A DNA stretch of 64,000 nt from Chiloscyllium plagiosum (GCF_004010195.1 NC_057711.1:75719579-75783578); one strand, 5' to 3'; counted from the stretch's first letter, positions 13,441 to 27,737 are shown. Made by a program: numbers and translations. Notes: generated by a model not told the origin, from the letters alone.

Positions 13441-14229
13441 CCACTCTCGCTCCAAGAAAGACCTTAAGAAACAAATCACTTGCTAATTTTCCATCCTATA
13501 CAATCATTTCATGACATGGTTGGGTAGCTGGTGGCACTGAGGAAGGACATCCTCATGAGTGAGTTTCAATTCAGTTAATTAATACTTGATGCAACATTAA
13601 ACACCTATGGAGCAGTCAGCTCCAGATTTGGTATCATCAGAATACTTTGCTATTTCAATATCAAAGAAATGTACATGTATCAAAAGAAACACTCCTCCCA
13701 TCTGAAAAAACACCTTCTACCATAGCTCCTGGTTTTCTGTCCTTGATCAATCTTGTTATCCAAGCTGACACTGAACCTTCAATTCCATAGACAACATCCA
13801 TTGCTTCCCCTTTATCAACTTTCTCTGTCACTTCATGAAAAAATTTAAATTAGTAAAGCATGATCTACCTTTTAAACATCCATGCTAGCTCATTTTAAAT
13901 AGTTCAAAACTAAGCATTATGTTTTCCCCTCATATTGTTTCTAAAATCTTACTAACCAACTGATGTTGAGTTTAGTAGAAATGTCCTTTTACCCTTTCTT
14001 GAACACAGGAACATTTGCCACTTTCCATTCCTCCAGCATTTCACCCATCTACATAAGAAGTGAAAAGCTCTCACAACATTTTTTTTTCAACAATTCATAT
14101 CACTTTTTATTCCATTCACAGGATATCCTAATTTGAAATTCAACTACTGGTGTTTAATAGCCTAATATAGTTGCCAGTAATCCTACAAAAGGTTCCATAA
14201 CCAGCAAATAAAGTGAATGATCAGATAAT

Positions 14230-14430
14230 CTGGGTTCTTTATAAGTGTGAATTGAAGGAAGGTCATTGACCAGTACGTGAGAAGAACTCATTGTTCTTCT
14301 TCAAATAAAGTGTAAATGGGCCTAGATTTAACATTTCATCCAATAGAATGCTGTACTTTATAAACTATGTGCCCAAGTTCTTGATTTGAGCTTGAGTGCA
14401 CTAATGTTTCATATAGAGCCAGCCATGGAG
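14230..14430 (-). mobile_element. Highly decayed Deu-domain SINE (SacSINE1/AmnSINE1-like); a similar remnant lies at ~11780-11880
   Basis: agaactcattgttcttcttcaaata...gggcctagatttaacatttcatcc resembles the reverse complement of the DeuSINE core as recalled. Confidence 0.45.
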
Positions 14431-15556
14431 GGTAACTGCTGGTAATGACACTGTAGAACACCAACTGTTGTATCGCTCTGGTTGATGCTAATCTTGAGTG
14501 ATTACAGTTTTTATTTCCACCACTATTATGTGATATAAGTAACACATAATCGGTGTTCTTTCTACAAGGAACAACCTGAATACTTTTAAAAACCATTATG
14601 TATTTTATCCAACACAGTCGAAATCTATTTTACTGTAATATCGTGCAAAAGTAAATGTTGTAAGTGATCACATTAAGTAGATAAACAATCACTAATAAAA
14701 TTGCTGCAAACAAATCTGGTCAAAATAAGTTAAACTATAGCTAGCAATCAGAGCAGTGTACATATCACTGAATATTCCACTTGCTATATTTCACAGTCAG
14801 CATGAATGCAAATATAATAACAAAAGTAGTAGTAAAGCACTCAAGACAACATATACATTAACATCAGTAAAAGCTGCTTGTCAACACTAGTCTTATATTT
14901 CTTACATAAAAAATGTAACTTACCATATTTTAATGATTGAAAAAGTCAAATTTATTATTTTCCTATATCCTTGAAAAAGTAATAAGTTTTTTAAAGCGCT
15001 CACAAACATGAGAAATGCCAAACTTTACAGCATAACAGCAATGCACTGCTTTGTTTTCACACCTATGAGTTCAGATCAACACAATAGCATGGAATCCGAA
15101 GTAGAAAAATAAATATTTTCTAAAGAACTGTTTCTACCCTTTTTGCCTTTCACAAAATATCTTTCAGGAAAGCTGAATGTGGGAAAAAAAACAAGGAAAG
15201 GCTTTACATACCCTCACATCTGCAAGATTTGTGTTAAAAATAAATGTGTCAAGGACATAACCAGAAATATGTTTTAACCCTTCCAGGACAGTAGATATAC
15301 CCACATTCGTTTGTTAAGGAGGTAGCTAGTACTCATAATTCTCAGTCATCAGTATGAATACATAGATTCCCATTTCTATTTTGTTAAATCCAGAGTTTCA
15401 TACAAACATACCTTTGAGCGAGATTATTACATAAAAGGACTGAAAGTTGCAAAGGGCACTCTGAATGCAAAAGGTTAAACCTTCCTCCCTCCATTTAAAT
15501 ACAGGTATATCTGCATTCCACAACTGAATCTTGACTTTCACCAGAATGAACCTGTT

Positions 15557-15805
15557 TTGTAAGGACAATTTATTGAAATGGAATGAAATTTACAAATATT
15601 GGACAACTAACCACTGATTGAGATCACACAATCACTAATTGTTTAAATCTGGGATATATGATGGTTTAATTAAACACTGTATGGTTACTTAGGAGGATTT
15701 ATAACTTCAACATGAAACAATAAGATCAGTGATAGATTGCAAGAACATCTGTTAGTTGTCCAATATTTGTAAATTTCATTCCATTTCAATAAATTGTCGT
15801 TACAA
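15557..15805. repeat. 55-bp inverted repeat (1 mismatch) with a 139-bp spacer
   Basis: 15557-15611 (ttgtaaggacaatttattgaaatgg...ggacaactaac) is the reverse complement of 15751-15805 (gttagttgtcc...aaattgtcgttacaa). Confidence 0.95.
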
Positions 15806-16000
15806 TATTAAAGTTGGCATAATATACATTCTGTAACTCATATACACTATGAGTTACTCTTAAGAAGAGTTTGTCGTCTTCGAGAAGGGGCAGATGTTAG
15901 AAAAATAATTATCATAACAACTTTGACTTCAATTGGCTTAATAATCGTTTTTGGCAGAAGTTTGATAAAGTTCTACCAGTGTGATCATAAATAAGCAGGC

Positions 16001-16296
16001 GGGTGTCATGGTGGCTCAAAGTGCCAGGGACCCAGGAACGATTCCAACCTCAAGCTACTGTGTGGAGTTTGCACATTCTTCCCATGTCTGCATGGGTTTA
16101 CTCCCACTCTAAAGATGTGCAGGTCAAGCAAATTGGCCATGCTAAATTGTCCATAGTGTTAAGGGATGTGTCGGTTCGGTGAATTAGTCAGGGGTAAATA
16201 TAGGGTAGGAGAATGAGTCTGGGAGGGTTGCTCTTCAGAGGCTCAGTGTGGACTTGTTGGGCCAAAGGGCCTGTTTCCACACTACAGGAATTCTAA
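16001..16296 (+). mobile_element. HE1-type V-SINE, diverged copy
   Basis: Same V-domain and 3' tail as 12261-12565. Confidence 0.85.
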
Positions 16297-18399
16297 AGTA
16301 AATGAAGTGAATTAGTAGGAAATTCACTGAGCAGATTGAAAAGTTACTTAGAAAGAGTATTGTACTCTGCAGGACCAAAAGTTACTGGTGTGATTGGTTG
16401 TATGGATTCTTTTCCAAGTGACACAAACTTGATAGCCAAATGATTGTCTTCTTTGGTGCTGTGATTTTTCTCTATTTCTATGTAAAAGCAAAAGATAGTT
16501 GCTAAATGCATATGTCCTAGGCTGGGATCGTTGGCTAATGGAAACTAATAATGTGAACTGTCGCATTCACCTGAGATGTGATCGAAAGAAGGGAAAGCAA
16601 GTTGAAGGCAGGTGCCAGTCACAACATTTATACAAGATTCTAGATCTGATTGTTCACTGGTCAAAGAGAGGATAGTGACATCAGTTAAATTCTGCAAACC
16701 CTGGGATATTGTGAGAAATCTCTCAGTTACCAATCACATTTGTTCCCCAAAATGATACCTCAAGGCATTACTACTAGTTGTTAAAGTATTGACTTTGGAT
16801 ACATAATGTGTTTTGGAGGCAGATACAGATATTCTTGGCTCTATAATCTGCTCCAGGTAGCAATGCATTGTGTCAAATTTTCTTGGATATTGGCAATGAG
16901 GATGCACCGACTCCACCATTCTCCACTCTGCTACCTGTCTCAGGTCCTCGGGGTTGAGTTTCAGTGGCATCATGTGAGTGCTGTTACAAGTGAGATGGGA
17001 GGGATACGTTGTTTCCCTCCAGCTTCACTACGTTACAGGTCACAACATCAATTTGATTGGGTTGATCAATTCCCAATCTGACCATTCATGTACTATTCTA
17101 TATTAGACTTAGAATACAAAGATCCATCAGCCAAGTTTCTTCAACAAGCACAAAATTACTGATTTATTATAAAACAAAACTGATTCATTGAAGATTCAAA
17201 ATGGGTTTACACCCACTTTGTAATATGAAAAGGTACATGTTTAACCCTCTATGCACACATACCAGATAAAGGGGGATGAAAACACATTTTTCTAAGCAGA
17301 AATTCACTTTAGACCAGTGAGGGTTTGTTCTTGAAGGAATAAATGGCTGAGGCATAGAATGTTTTGATGGCTGTTGATCTAGTATTCTGTCACACTGAGA
17401 TAAGGCAATAGACATGAGCAGTTGTCCATGGGGTCATGGCAGACAAAACTTGCTCAGGAATCACAGTATCAAGAAGTCTGTCATATGTTCTTCAAGAGGA
17501 CAATAAGTTTGACATTGGACTTTTAGTAAGGGTGTTTGAGAAAAGACAGAGAGATGATCAGCGTAATCTTTTCCCCAGTCGATGTTTCCTGCATTGACAT
17601 CCAAAACAATATCTGAATAAAGCAGCCACAAAACCCAAGCTGGCGATATCTAATTAATTGAATCCAACTAATCAGCTAAAGTCATGAGAATTCCCAGACT
17701 TGTCTGTTAATTACCTCTTTAAAAAGATCAACCCAAATATCCACATAACTTAAAACATTTTCTACATTCTTTTAAAACTCAAATTCTCAAATAAAATTAA
17801 ATATGAATCCTTTATAGCAGTGCAATACCAATTCTGCATGATTCTTTTTAGAGTGGGACCCATGAAATTTGAATTCTTGAGCTCAGGATTCAAGAATGTG
17901 TTTAATAGAGCCTGTCCTATTGTTACGTTTTAACCTCTTATTCCGTGGTAGCATGAGATTAATGAACAAAGTGAGGTGATTAAATTTCTCCTGCAATGTA
18001 AAGAAATCTTGGAGTTCAAGACAGTACCAATCATTGTCACAGACACTAAACTGCCATCACTCCAGTTCCATATCTCTGTATGTGGGCATAAGGCTCGGCT
18101 CCCTGAACTTTGTTGCTTGTATGTTCAGTCTTGTTCTCATTATAATTTCCCAGGTTGCCTATCCCACCAATCCTCCAAGCCTTTGTTTTCTCATCCCATT
18201 GCTGCACTTGGTCTCTGCCAGCAGTTCCAATACCCACCACCCAACTAGGAAAAGTCTTTCAGATGATAAAATACTAATCTTTAATTTGTAGTTACATCAC
18301 TTAATCATGGCGATATCAGCTCGCCTTGGATATGCTCTTAGGAAGAATAAGTTGCAGCATTCAGCAATGATGTGAGGATAACACAATAGGGTTGGACTT

Positions 18400-20440
18400 A
18401 AAATAACATTTAAATCAATAAATTGGTTGATGAGCTGAATAGGAGATAGGGCAATGTCAATAAGTGCAACTTATATGGGCTTTCAAAGGGTATTTGACAA
18501 AATATCTCAAGAGATTGTTGGCTAATGTTGAACATCAAGGATTTCAGTGAAGGAAAATTATTAACTTGGTTAGTAAATTGACTAAGCACTGTAGAATGGA
18601 GGATGGGAAGTTATAGGAAGATAATCTAATTGGTGAGAAGTAACTTGTGGTTTCCTCCTGGGATTTGTGTCAATGGCTTAGATGAGGGTTCTTTTGGGAC
18701 TAAAATTGTACGAAGCATTGGATTTTCTTGGATTTTCAAATACAAGCCATTTTGCATTCAGAGAATAGGGAGGGCTTGTATGGGATGGGTTGAAGGTGGG
18801 GAGGTAGAACTTTAAGCATTGCCATGCACTCAGATCTTGCCTGTGCAAAACTTTGACTTATTCAATTTTCTGGGATCAGATTAAGAATGGTCTCCTGTGG
18901 CCAGCACCCAGGTGTCTAGAGAGAAGAAAATTCCAGCTTTGATAAATGTTGGTTAAGTGGATCGCTGGATTTTCAATATTGTATCTGTCTTCAAAGTTGT
19001 TGACTATATGATAGTAAGCTATATAAAATTACAAAGACATGTTAACAGAATTCAGTATTACTTTATTGATTATTGATAGATAACCAAAATAGTCGCACGT
19101 GTCTTTCAAAAGGATGCAAACTTGAAGTCATCTAATTGAACATAAAAAGAAAAGATCAGAATACAGTTTCTGGAATTTAGCTCTTTTTCTCATGTTTGAA
19201 CTAAGGCTGTAATGAGATCAGGAGCTGAGAGGCCCTGAATGAACCCAAACTGGCTGGGTGCAGCTCCAATAAAATTCAAGAAGATTGACAGCATTCAGGA
19301 CAAAGCAACCTGCTTGATTGAAACCACATCCACATGCATCCATCCCCTCAACCACTGATGCTTAGTAGCAGCAATGTGTACACTGCAGGAATTCACCAAA
19401 GATCCTTAGATAGTTCCTTCCAAACCCATGACTACTTCAATCTAAAAGAAGGGCAGCAGATACATGGGAAGCTGACCACCTGCAAGTTCCCCTCCAAGAC
19501 ACTCACCATCCTGACTTGGAAAAATAATGCCAGTCCTTCACTGTCATTAGGTCAAAATCCTGGAATTCCCTAAGGGCATTGTGAGTCCACTTGCAGCACA
19601 TGGAATGCAGCGGTTCAAGAAGGCAGCTCACCAGTACCTTCTCAAGACTAACTAGGGATGGTGAATAAATGCTGACCAGCCAGTGATGCCCATGTCCCAT
19701 GAGTGGATTAAAAGAAAAAGCAAATAGCTGGAAACAGTTGTGATCCAAAGTATCTTGGTGATCTGGCTACATAACCCCTTACAAAGTTATGAGGAGGTAC
19801 AGAAAATAATCAAAATAACTAATAGGGTGCTGGCCTTTACATCTAAGGTCTAGATTACAAGCAGGTAGAAGTACCTCAGGTATAGAAGCCTTGGCAGTTG
19901 ACACATGGAGTATTTTGAGATGTTCTGAACACTCCACCTTAATACGGATATATTTATTGTCCTTGGAGCAATTGCATTGTAGATTGAACAGAATTATGTA
20001 TAACTTCCAATGTTTACTTTAGGGCAGCAGATTAAACAAGGAAGAGTTTTAGTAATTCTGGAATTTACATGGAATAACAGTGGTTTGATCAACGTTTTCA
20101 AAATATTGAGCAGAACAAATAGGGGAATGGTGGGAAATTAACCCATCCAGTTGGGAAGGATTAAGAGGCATAGCCTATAAACTCATCAGAAATTTCAAGA
20201 GTTCATTGAAAACATTTCTATACAAAAAGAGTGGCAGAAGTTTGGAATACTCTTCCACAAATGGCAATTGCTGCTTGATCAGTATTAATTCTGAACCTGA
20301 GTTTGATGGATGTTTTTAACCATAAGTATTAAGATTGGGCAAAGGTGGGCATATGGAGTTTGCCCATAGATTAGCTGTGACCTTATTGAGTAGCAGAACA
20401 AATTCAATGGGAGAAACTGTCTTCTCCTGTTCCTATATCA
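18400..20440 (+). mobile_element. Old fragmented CR1 LINE with a second LINE family's 3' end nested at ~19240-19720
   Basis: CR1-like remnants (tttcaaagggtatttgacaa; gtggcagaagtttggaatactct). The nested segment matches the reverse complement of 51200-51828 and ends A-rich. Confidence 0.6.
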
Positions 20441-20834
20441 GTCAATTTTACTGTCACCCGCCATTGTGTTCTGGCCTTGTGATCTCATTTGCACCATCCC
20501 TGTAGATCCCACTTATACTACTTCGTACAATTGGATGCCATTATCTTGCCAGATTCCAAATCACAAAGAGTTCAAGAAGTGGAATCAGAAGGAAATGTAG
20601 AATATGATGTCATCCTGGTTAACCCTCCACCTTTTAAAATGCAACATCTCTGTGGGATGTGGCCATTATCCACAGGAGAAACCTGCCACAGTCTGAGCCT
20701 TCAGGAACATTCCAGCTTTAATAAATCATAGTGAAAAACAGAGATTTCTGGAGAATCTCAGCAGGTTTGGCAGATTCTGTTGAGAAAAAGCAGAGTTAAT
20801 GTTTCAAATCAGGAAATTCTTCCATAGAACTTGC

Positions 20835-21863
20835 TTTTCAGACTGGAGGCTGTGACCAGTGGTGTGCCACAAGGATCAATGCTGGGTCCACTGCTTTTCG
20901 TCATTTATATAAATGATGTGGAAGTGAACATAGGGGTATAGTTATAAGTTTGCAGATTACACCAAAATTGGAGGTATAGTGGACAGCGAAGAAGGTTACC
21001 TCAGATTACAATGGCATCTTGGTCAGGTGAGCCAATGGGCTGAGTGTCAGGTGGAGTTTAATTTAGATAAATGTGAGGTGCTGCATTTTGGAAAAGGAAA
21101 TCGTAGCAGGACTTACACACTTAATGGTAAGGTCTTGGGGAGTGTTGCTGAACAAAGAGACCTTGGAGTGCAGGTACATAGCTCCTTGAAAGTAGAGTCA
21201 CAGGTAGATAGTTAGTGAAGAAGGCATTTGTTATGCTTTCCTTTATTGGTCAGAGTATTGAGTATTGGAGTTGGGAGGTCATGTTGCCGCCGTACAGGAC
21301 ATTGATTAGGCCACTGTTGGAATACTGCATGCAGTTCTGGTCTCCTTACTATCAGCAGAATGTTGTGAAACTTTAAAGGATTCAGAAAAGATTTAATAGG
21401 ATGTTGCCAGGGTTGGAGGATTTAAGCTATAGGGAGAGGCTGAACAGGCTGGGGCTGTTTTCCCTGGAGCCCTGCAGCTGAGGGATGACCTTGTAAAGGT
21501 TTATAAAATCATGAGGGGCATGGATAGAATAAATAGGCAAAGTCTTTTTCCCTGGGGATGGGGGGTCCAGAACTAGAGGGAATAGGTTTAGTGTGACAGG
21601 GGAAAGATATAGAAGGGACCTAAGACCAACTATTTCACACAGAGGGTGGTGCGTGTATGGAATGAGCTGCCAAAGGAAGTGGTGGAGCATCGTACAATTG
21701 CAGCATTTAAAAGGCATCTGGATGGGTATATGAACAGGAAGGGTTTAGAGGAATATGGGCCAAGTGCTGGCAAATGGGACTAGATTAGGTTAGGATATCT
21801 GGTCAGCATAGACAAGTTGGACCGAAGGGTCTGTTTCTGTGCTGTACATCTCTATAACTCTAT
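20835..21863 (+). mobile_element. CR1 LINE 3' fragment inserted in the centre of a fold-back PLE mini-element (arms ~20733-20830 and ~21863-21990)
   Basis: GVPQGSMLGPLLF, FNLDKCEVLHFG and QRDLGVQV motifs, ctctataactctat tail. The flanking arms are inverted copies of aaaacagagatttctggagaatctcagcagg. Confidence 0.88.
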
Positions 21864-22514
21864 GAAGAGGGGACAATGAACCCGAAACATTAACTCTGCT
21901 TTCTCACCACAGATGCTGCAGACCTACGACGTTTCTACAGAAATTTCTGTTTTTATTTCAGTTCTATAGCATCCATATTTCTTTATTTTAGTTTGGTAAA
22001 TCGAAGCCCATTTTCCACACAGTGAAGCACCATAGTTAGGAGCGAGAAAGTTCAGGGTCAGTGTTTGGTGAAATCCTTTTACAGAAGCTTTGAGTGAAAA
22101 TTAAATGACTATTTCAAATCATTGTCTGAGCTTTACCTCCCCAATGAAGAAAGCAAACTGTGAACCAATGAAACAAGCCAAAAAGCTGCAAACAATTTTC
22201 TGAAAGGAAGACGCAAGATCAAATTACATCTTCTCATTAGTCAATTTGTTCATTAAGCCATTTCTTTTTAGGTGGAAGTGAACAGTTTCACTCTTCAGAA
22301 GTTATGGAGATTAGAGTCTGCTGTCAGTGCTGGACTGAAGCACAGATGAAGTATTTTTCAGAATAATGATTTATTACCATTAAGAATTTATAAACTTCAT
22401 ATTCATTCACCAGCATAAGCAGTTGAAGATGTATTTAACTTGCTAGTTCAGGTTATTTACATTATGTAACCGGGCAACTTTGTATCTTTCACAAACATGT
22501 GTTTACCCCTAAGC

Positions 22515-22634
22515 AGGAGAAAGTGAGGGCTGCAGATGCTGGAGATCAGAGCTGAAAATGTGTTGCTGGAAAAGTGCAGCAGGTCAGGCAGCATCTAAGG
22601 AACAGGAGAATCGACGTTTCGGGCATAAGCCTTA
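22515..22634 (-). mobile_element. Penelope pLTR fragment with the 3' half of a hammerhead motif
   Basis: Matches 8098-8215. The minus strand reads ggcttatgcccGAAACGTCgatt; the CUGAUGA part is missing. Confidence 0.85.
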
Positions 22635-24027
22635 CAGTAGAAAAATAAACTATAGACAGTCCAAATCCCATGTTATGAAACTCAATAATATGATGAAAAT
22701 AATTCAGAATTTAAACACTCAACTTGAAACAAATAATCTATAGAGGTTAATATAAATGCAATGTGCAGAGGACATTTCGTTATTATTTGGTAAGTTAAGG
22801 AAATGTGAGTATTACAACATTTTGTAATTATTTGTATCCTGAAATACTCTCAATCATGTAATCCTTTTATTATTTAATACTGGATGTTTATTTAATGATT
22901 GTCTATAAATTATTATATGTCTTATTTGTATTGTTTTCATATTTCAACACCAGCCATCATGATTTCTCAATTACCCAATTACCGAATACCTAGATATGTT
23001 ACTATGTTACTACATGGAAAAATGAAACATCAATGAAAAATATTCTCTATTTGTTTAATGGTAACTGCAGCCAAATACATGACAGCTAATAAAAAGTAAA
23101 ATCCAAGCTGAAAATACAAGGCTAATTTTGTCTTTGTATTTTTCTTACACAAAGTAATGAGGAGCCAGAGTTAAACTCACTCACCTAACCCCAGGACCTT
23201 AAATAACTTTTTAAAAGTTTCCTCCAAAGTGGTCACCAGTATTTTAATCATAAAGACAGGAATGGCCTTCCAGCACTTTATCAAATGAGCAGGACGAAAT
23301 TTTCCAGAAATGTGGCCCAATATATTGTATTCTCCAATAACCGATTCAGTCAAATATTACTTCCTCTTCTCAGGTTAAAATGGGCAAGCCTCATGTTAAT
23401 CATCAACATTTTTAACAACAATGAAGTTCATGAGTTAGGTGGCCCTTGATGTAAAGTCTCACCAGATTGTGTCAAAAAATTCTTTGCATGAACGTTTCTG
23501 TAAATATTGACCAAGATTTGAAAGTAATGGCAATAAATAAATTTACAATTTGCTTTAATCCTCTGATTTGCAATCATGTAATTTTATCTGGCCATTTGAA
23601 ATCTAGGCTTCTTTTTAATAAAAGGAATAATATTATTCAGAGAATATATTCTAACTCTTTATGCATCTGTTTACACAAATAAACTAGCATCTGATTTACA
23701 CAGTGGACCTTAAACGAGTGCACAATGTAATTGATTTCTATCCACACATGCTCGCAAGCCACAAGTAAAAACTCACATATCATTACACCGCACTAATAAT
23801 TGCAAAAAATATATTATTTTCTACAGAAATGCATCGTTTGTTTCCGGCAGCCCATTGCAGTCTACCTCTTGTTTACTTGTTCTATTGGTAAGAAGTTAAG
23901 CTGTTGGACTGTTTCAGCGTCAAGAAGTGGACTTTGGCATCGTAGAAGATAAACCGCGTGCAAGTTAAGTATTAAAAGAGAACCCATGAATAGTTTTACA
24001 CTTTCTACAAACACTGCGACCTGTGTC

Positions 24028-24054
24028 ACTGCACTGCACTGCACTGCACTACTG
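24028..24054. repeat. (cactg)n microsatellite
   Basis: cactgcactgcactgcactgcactactg. Confidence 0.85.
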
Positions 24055-24741
24055 TTTAAAATTAATTATAAACTTTGTTTTAAGATTGTTGCAACTCAAA
24101 TACAAGACGGATGTGCACTGGTTTTCCAGGTCATGACAAGATTTGGTACCTTAAGCTGAACCTTCATTTAACTTGCCGTCGTCTGCTTGGAAGGGAACAG
24201 GGATACCTTCTGATGACTTTGTAGCAAAAATGAAACTTTGTAGACTTCCAAAGCATTGGAAAGCAGAAGAATGCCTTCAGAGCTGCACAGTGCCACGGTA
24301 AAAATGACACCTTCAAGATTAACCAAGGCTGACTGCACTACACTGATCCTTGAACTCCGGCGGTGGCGATCTGACACTTACCCAGTTCCTACTCTGATGT
24401 AAATATAATTGTATTTTCAGATTATGACTCAGTGAATCTGCAAACTAATTTTACCATGCAACCTTCAATAAATAATGTACTTGGAAAACCTGTCGTCTTG
24501 GCATCAACAAATAATGGTACAATCTTGGCTCTACTGTGACCCGAGTGAATATTTTATTTTTTTTAAAAACTGCACACCATATTAAAGTTTCATTCTCTAC
24601 ATGTGTCATATATTCCTTCAAAAAATATTAGGAATAGACTTAACTTGTGTCAGACAAACCAGTTGTGTAATTGTAACTTAATTCAGAGACCATTAAACTA
24701 AATACAGAAAATGGTAAGAACCCTTATAGTTTTGTTTAGAC

Positions 24742-24972
24742 TTAAATTAGATTCCCTACAGTGTGGAAACAGGCCCTTCGGCCCAACAAGTCCACACCAA
24801 CCCTCCGAAGAGTAACCCACCCAGACCCATTTCCCTCTGACTAATGTACCTAACACTATGGTTAACAACATGGCCAATTCACCCGACTTGCACATCTTTG
24901 GACTGCGGGAGGAAACCGGAGCACCCAGAGGAAACCCACGCAGACACGGGGAGAACGTGCAAACTCAACACA
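24742..24972 (-). mobile_element. HE1-type V-SINE, 5'-truncated
   Basis: Reverse complement of the V-domain and tail (gtgtggaaacaggcccttcggcccaacaagtccacac). Confidence 0.88.
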
Positions 24973-27018
24973 CTTGACAGTTCTTTGTAAATTATAATTA
25001 TAACGTTATAGTATATCAGGAGGGAAAACAATGACAGGTTCTTTCAGTGATGCATAAGGTTTTTAGGATCATCTGCAAAATAACAGGGAGATAGATTAGG
25101 ATTTTATTTTTACAAAGAGGACTGTTAGGAATTTACAAGGGTCAGTACAGAATTGAAAATAGTTTATAAAGGCAAGTGAATGAATAATTGAAAAAAAGGG
25201 ATGAGAATAAAACTAATGAATCAAACCTGAATTATTAACCTGTTGGAACATCTGGCTTACAACATTAAGTAAAAAAATGACATTAATCAGAAATCAAGAT
25301 TCTTTCCACAAGACTTTAGGAAGAATATATCAAGAGATCCCCATAGCACTTTTACACTTTGTTTACTCGTAAATTGATTGAGCTAGTGGTAGTGAATGAG
25401 GCTGCGAGTGATAAGCATTTAAAAACAAACAGGAGAATCAGAAAGTGAACCATCAATTACTTCAATGACAAGATAAACTGAGCACAGTCAAGGTGTATTC
25501 TCTCAAAAGGAAATAAAGTACAATAAGTAAATCAGAGCTTCCTGGAATGACAAAGGAGACAGAAAGCAAGTTAAAGTACAAAAATGTGCTTAGAAGAGTG
25601 CCAGATACTAAATTGCGCCCAACCTGAATACAGAAGACTCAGAAGGGAGGTGAAAAAGCAAAAATAAGAGAACTTAGGAGACAATTAGGCACAAAGAGAA
25701 AATCTACAGTATTCTATGAACAAATCAATAGTAAAAGGGTGGTAAACCCAATATTCAAATCAATAAATTCCATCCAACCAGATTGTAATAACAATATGGT
25801 ATCGTAGCTTCCACCCTCAGCGCTTTGTCTATGCGCATGCATAGTTTCCTAAAATCTAATCAAAGTCAGTGAACAAAGGAACTCTGTGCCATCGCTAATG
25901 TTGCTAAGTATCTTGAATTAGATCATGTTTCTTTCTCTCAGATAATATCAAATATCAAGTGATCATTATGTTTCAAATGTCCATTAAACTCTTTTCAAAA
26001 TCTAGCATTTCAACAGATCTCCCAACAAAAACAAATAGCTGGAGAAACTCAGCAGGTCTGCCAGTATCAGTGGAGAGAAGGCAAAATTAACATTGAGTCG
26101 AGTGACTCTTCATCAGACCTTCCAATTTCTCTTTCTCCGACTAGAACTTGCCTACCAATAAGAAAATCTTACTAAAATACATTAATATTGGAGAAAAGAG
26201 TTTTGATTCAGTGTTTTAGACAGATTCATTTAAAAAATGTTCTCAGCAGACTATTTCATAATTCAATGTGTTTTTGATAGCCTGAAAGTATTGGGAAAGT
26301 ACATCATCACTGGTTGGATCATAACCGATTGGTTTCACAACTTTTATAGCGCTTGGTCAAGGTAACAGTGTGCAAGAATAAAGAATCTAAGACAGAGAAT
26401 AAAAGGTTCTTCTTTACAAATTAAAACCGGAACTTTCATTTCAGGACAATAAAACTTTAGGGATACATTGTATGAAAAAAGAGCTGTGGGGTTTATTTTG
26501 GTTTTCAGCTGTAAATATATTTGTATTTTGTGTGCACTCTACCAGTAATGAGTATTGATGGTTTCCCAGTATTTATTTTCACCTCATTTTGATTGATGCA
26601 AATGCCACATTTATATTTCAGATGTCACAATGGAGAACTTTGGAGATTTGGAGAACAATGGAGATTTGTTGACATTGACTTTACCACAAACACAAAAGTA
26701 CAATTTGCATCAATCTAAATTCAAAAAAAGTGACAACGAATATAATTGAATTTCTAAACCACAAAATTGTGTTTTTAATAAACCCAAAATATGACTGTCC
26801 AAGAAGCCACATCTAAAGACAGCTATTTGTTCTATGAAGATAATTGTTGCATTAAATTGTTAATAAATTGCCTTCGTAATGAAGCATAATTGTCGAAGTA
26901 ACACTGCAGAATAAAATATGAAATTCTGTTTTTAAAAAAATCAATCCAGCTTATTCCTCCAATGTTACCAACAGCCTGGACCTTCACTATCAAGTTGAAC
27001 AAGAATTTTAAAACTCAC

Positions 27019-27021
27019 CAT
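27019..27021 (-). CDS. TRPM6: Candidate TRPM6 start codon at the end of an upstream exon (ATG|gtgagt)
   Basis: The minus strand reads ...ttacacATG|gtgagt. A phase-0 join to exon 2 gives MAQKSWIE. Non-repetitive context. No transcript evidence. Confidence 0.35.
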
Positions 27022-27485
27022 GTGTAACTGCACAAACTAAAATTCAAACATGAATGTGCTTTGGTCATTAACCTGAAAGACCAGTGTGCCGTTCTGATTC
27101 ACACAGCCAATTTTCAAATCAGGAATTTCAGCATTCGAAGAATACAGCGATCATTGTAAAATGAGCACAAAGCAAGTGCTTTGTCAACTTAAACACAAAG
27201 AAGGCGGCGCACTATGAGTTGCAAAACATAAGGGCAGGTATTTTTAATGGCATCAGTCCGGTGACTTAAGATTTCTCCCTCAAAGCCCAAAGGCTTTTCC
27301 AGGAACCATAATTTCACAAAAGTTTAAAGATACCGTGCATTGAACTATTTGCGGCATGCCACCTAGAGCCTGTCTGGAGAATCACACCCAAACTGATTTA
27401 TTCTGGAATCCACAACGTAGCAAAGTGGACCTGGTGTTAATTTCATTCATTACATAATTACAGTAAATTATAATTTAACAATGTT

Positions 27486-27737
27486 GTGTGGAGTTTGCAC
27501 ATTCGCCCCATGTCTGCATGGGTTTCTTCCGGGTGCACCGGTTTTCTTAAACGATCCAAAACGATGTGCAGGTCAGGTGAATTGGCCATGTTAAATTGCC
27601 TATTGTGTTAGATGCATTAGTCAAGGGTAAATAAAGGGTAGGGGAATGGGGCTGGGTTGGCTACTCTTCGGAGGGTAGATGTGGACTCGTTGGGCTGAAG
27701 GGCCTGTTTCCATACTGTAGGTACTCTAATCTAATCA
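27486..27737 (+). mobile_element. HE1-type V-SINE, 5'-truncated
   Basis: V-domain tgtgtggagtttgcacattc and tail ctctaatctaatc. Confidence 0.85.

Noticed and set aside
16700..17820. Possible LTR-element fragment
   Set aside because: No convincing termini, TSD or protein motif.
23175..23252. ATG-initiated frame MIKILVTTLEETFKKLFKVLGL followed by gtgagt, as TRPM6 exon 1
   Set aside because: The good donors are phase 1 or 2, incompatible with the phase-0 start of exon 2.
24376..24450. Strong minus-strand donor (tgg|gtaagt) as a TRPM6 coding exon
   Set aside because: No in-frame ATG before a stop. It could only be non-coding, and there is no supporting evidence.
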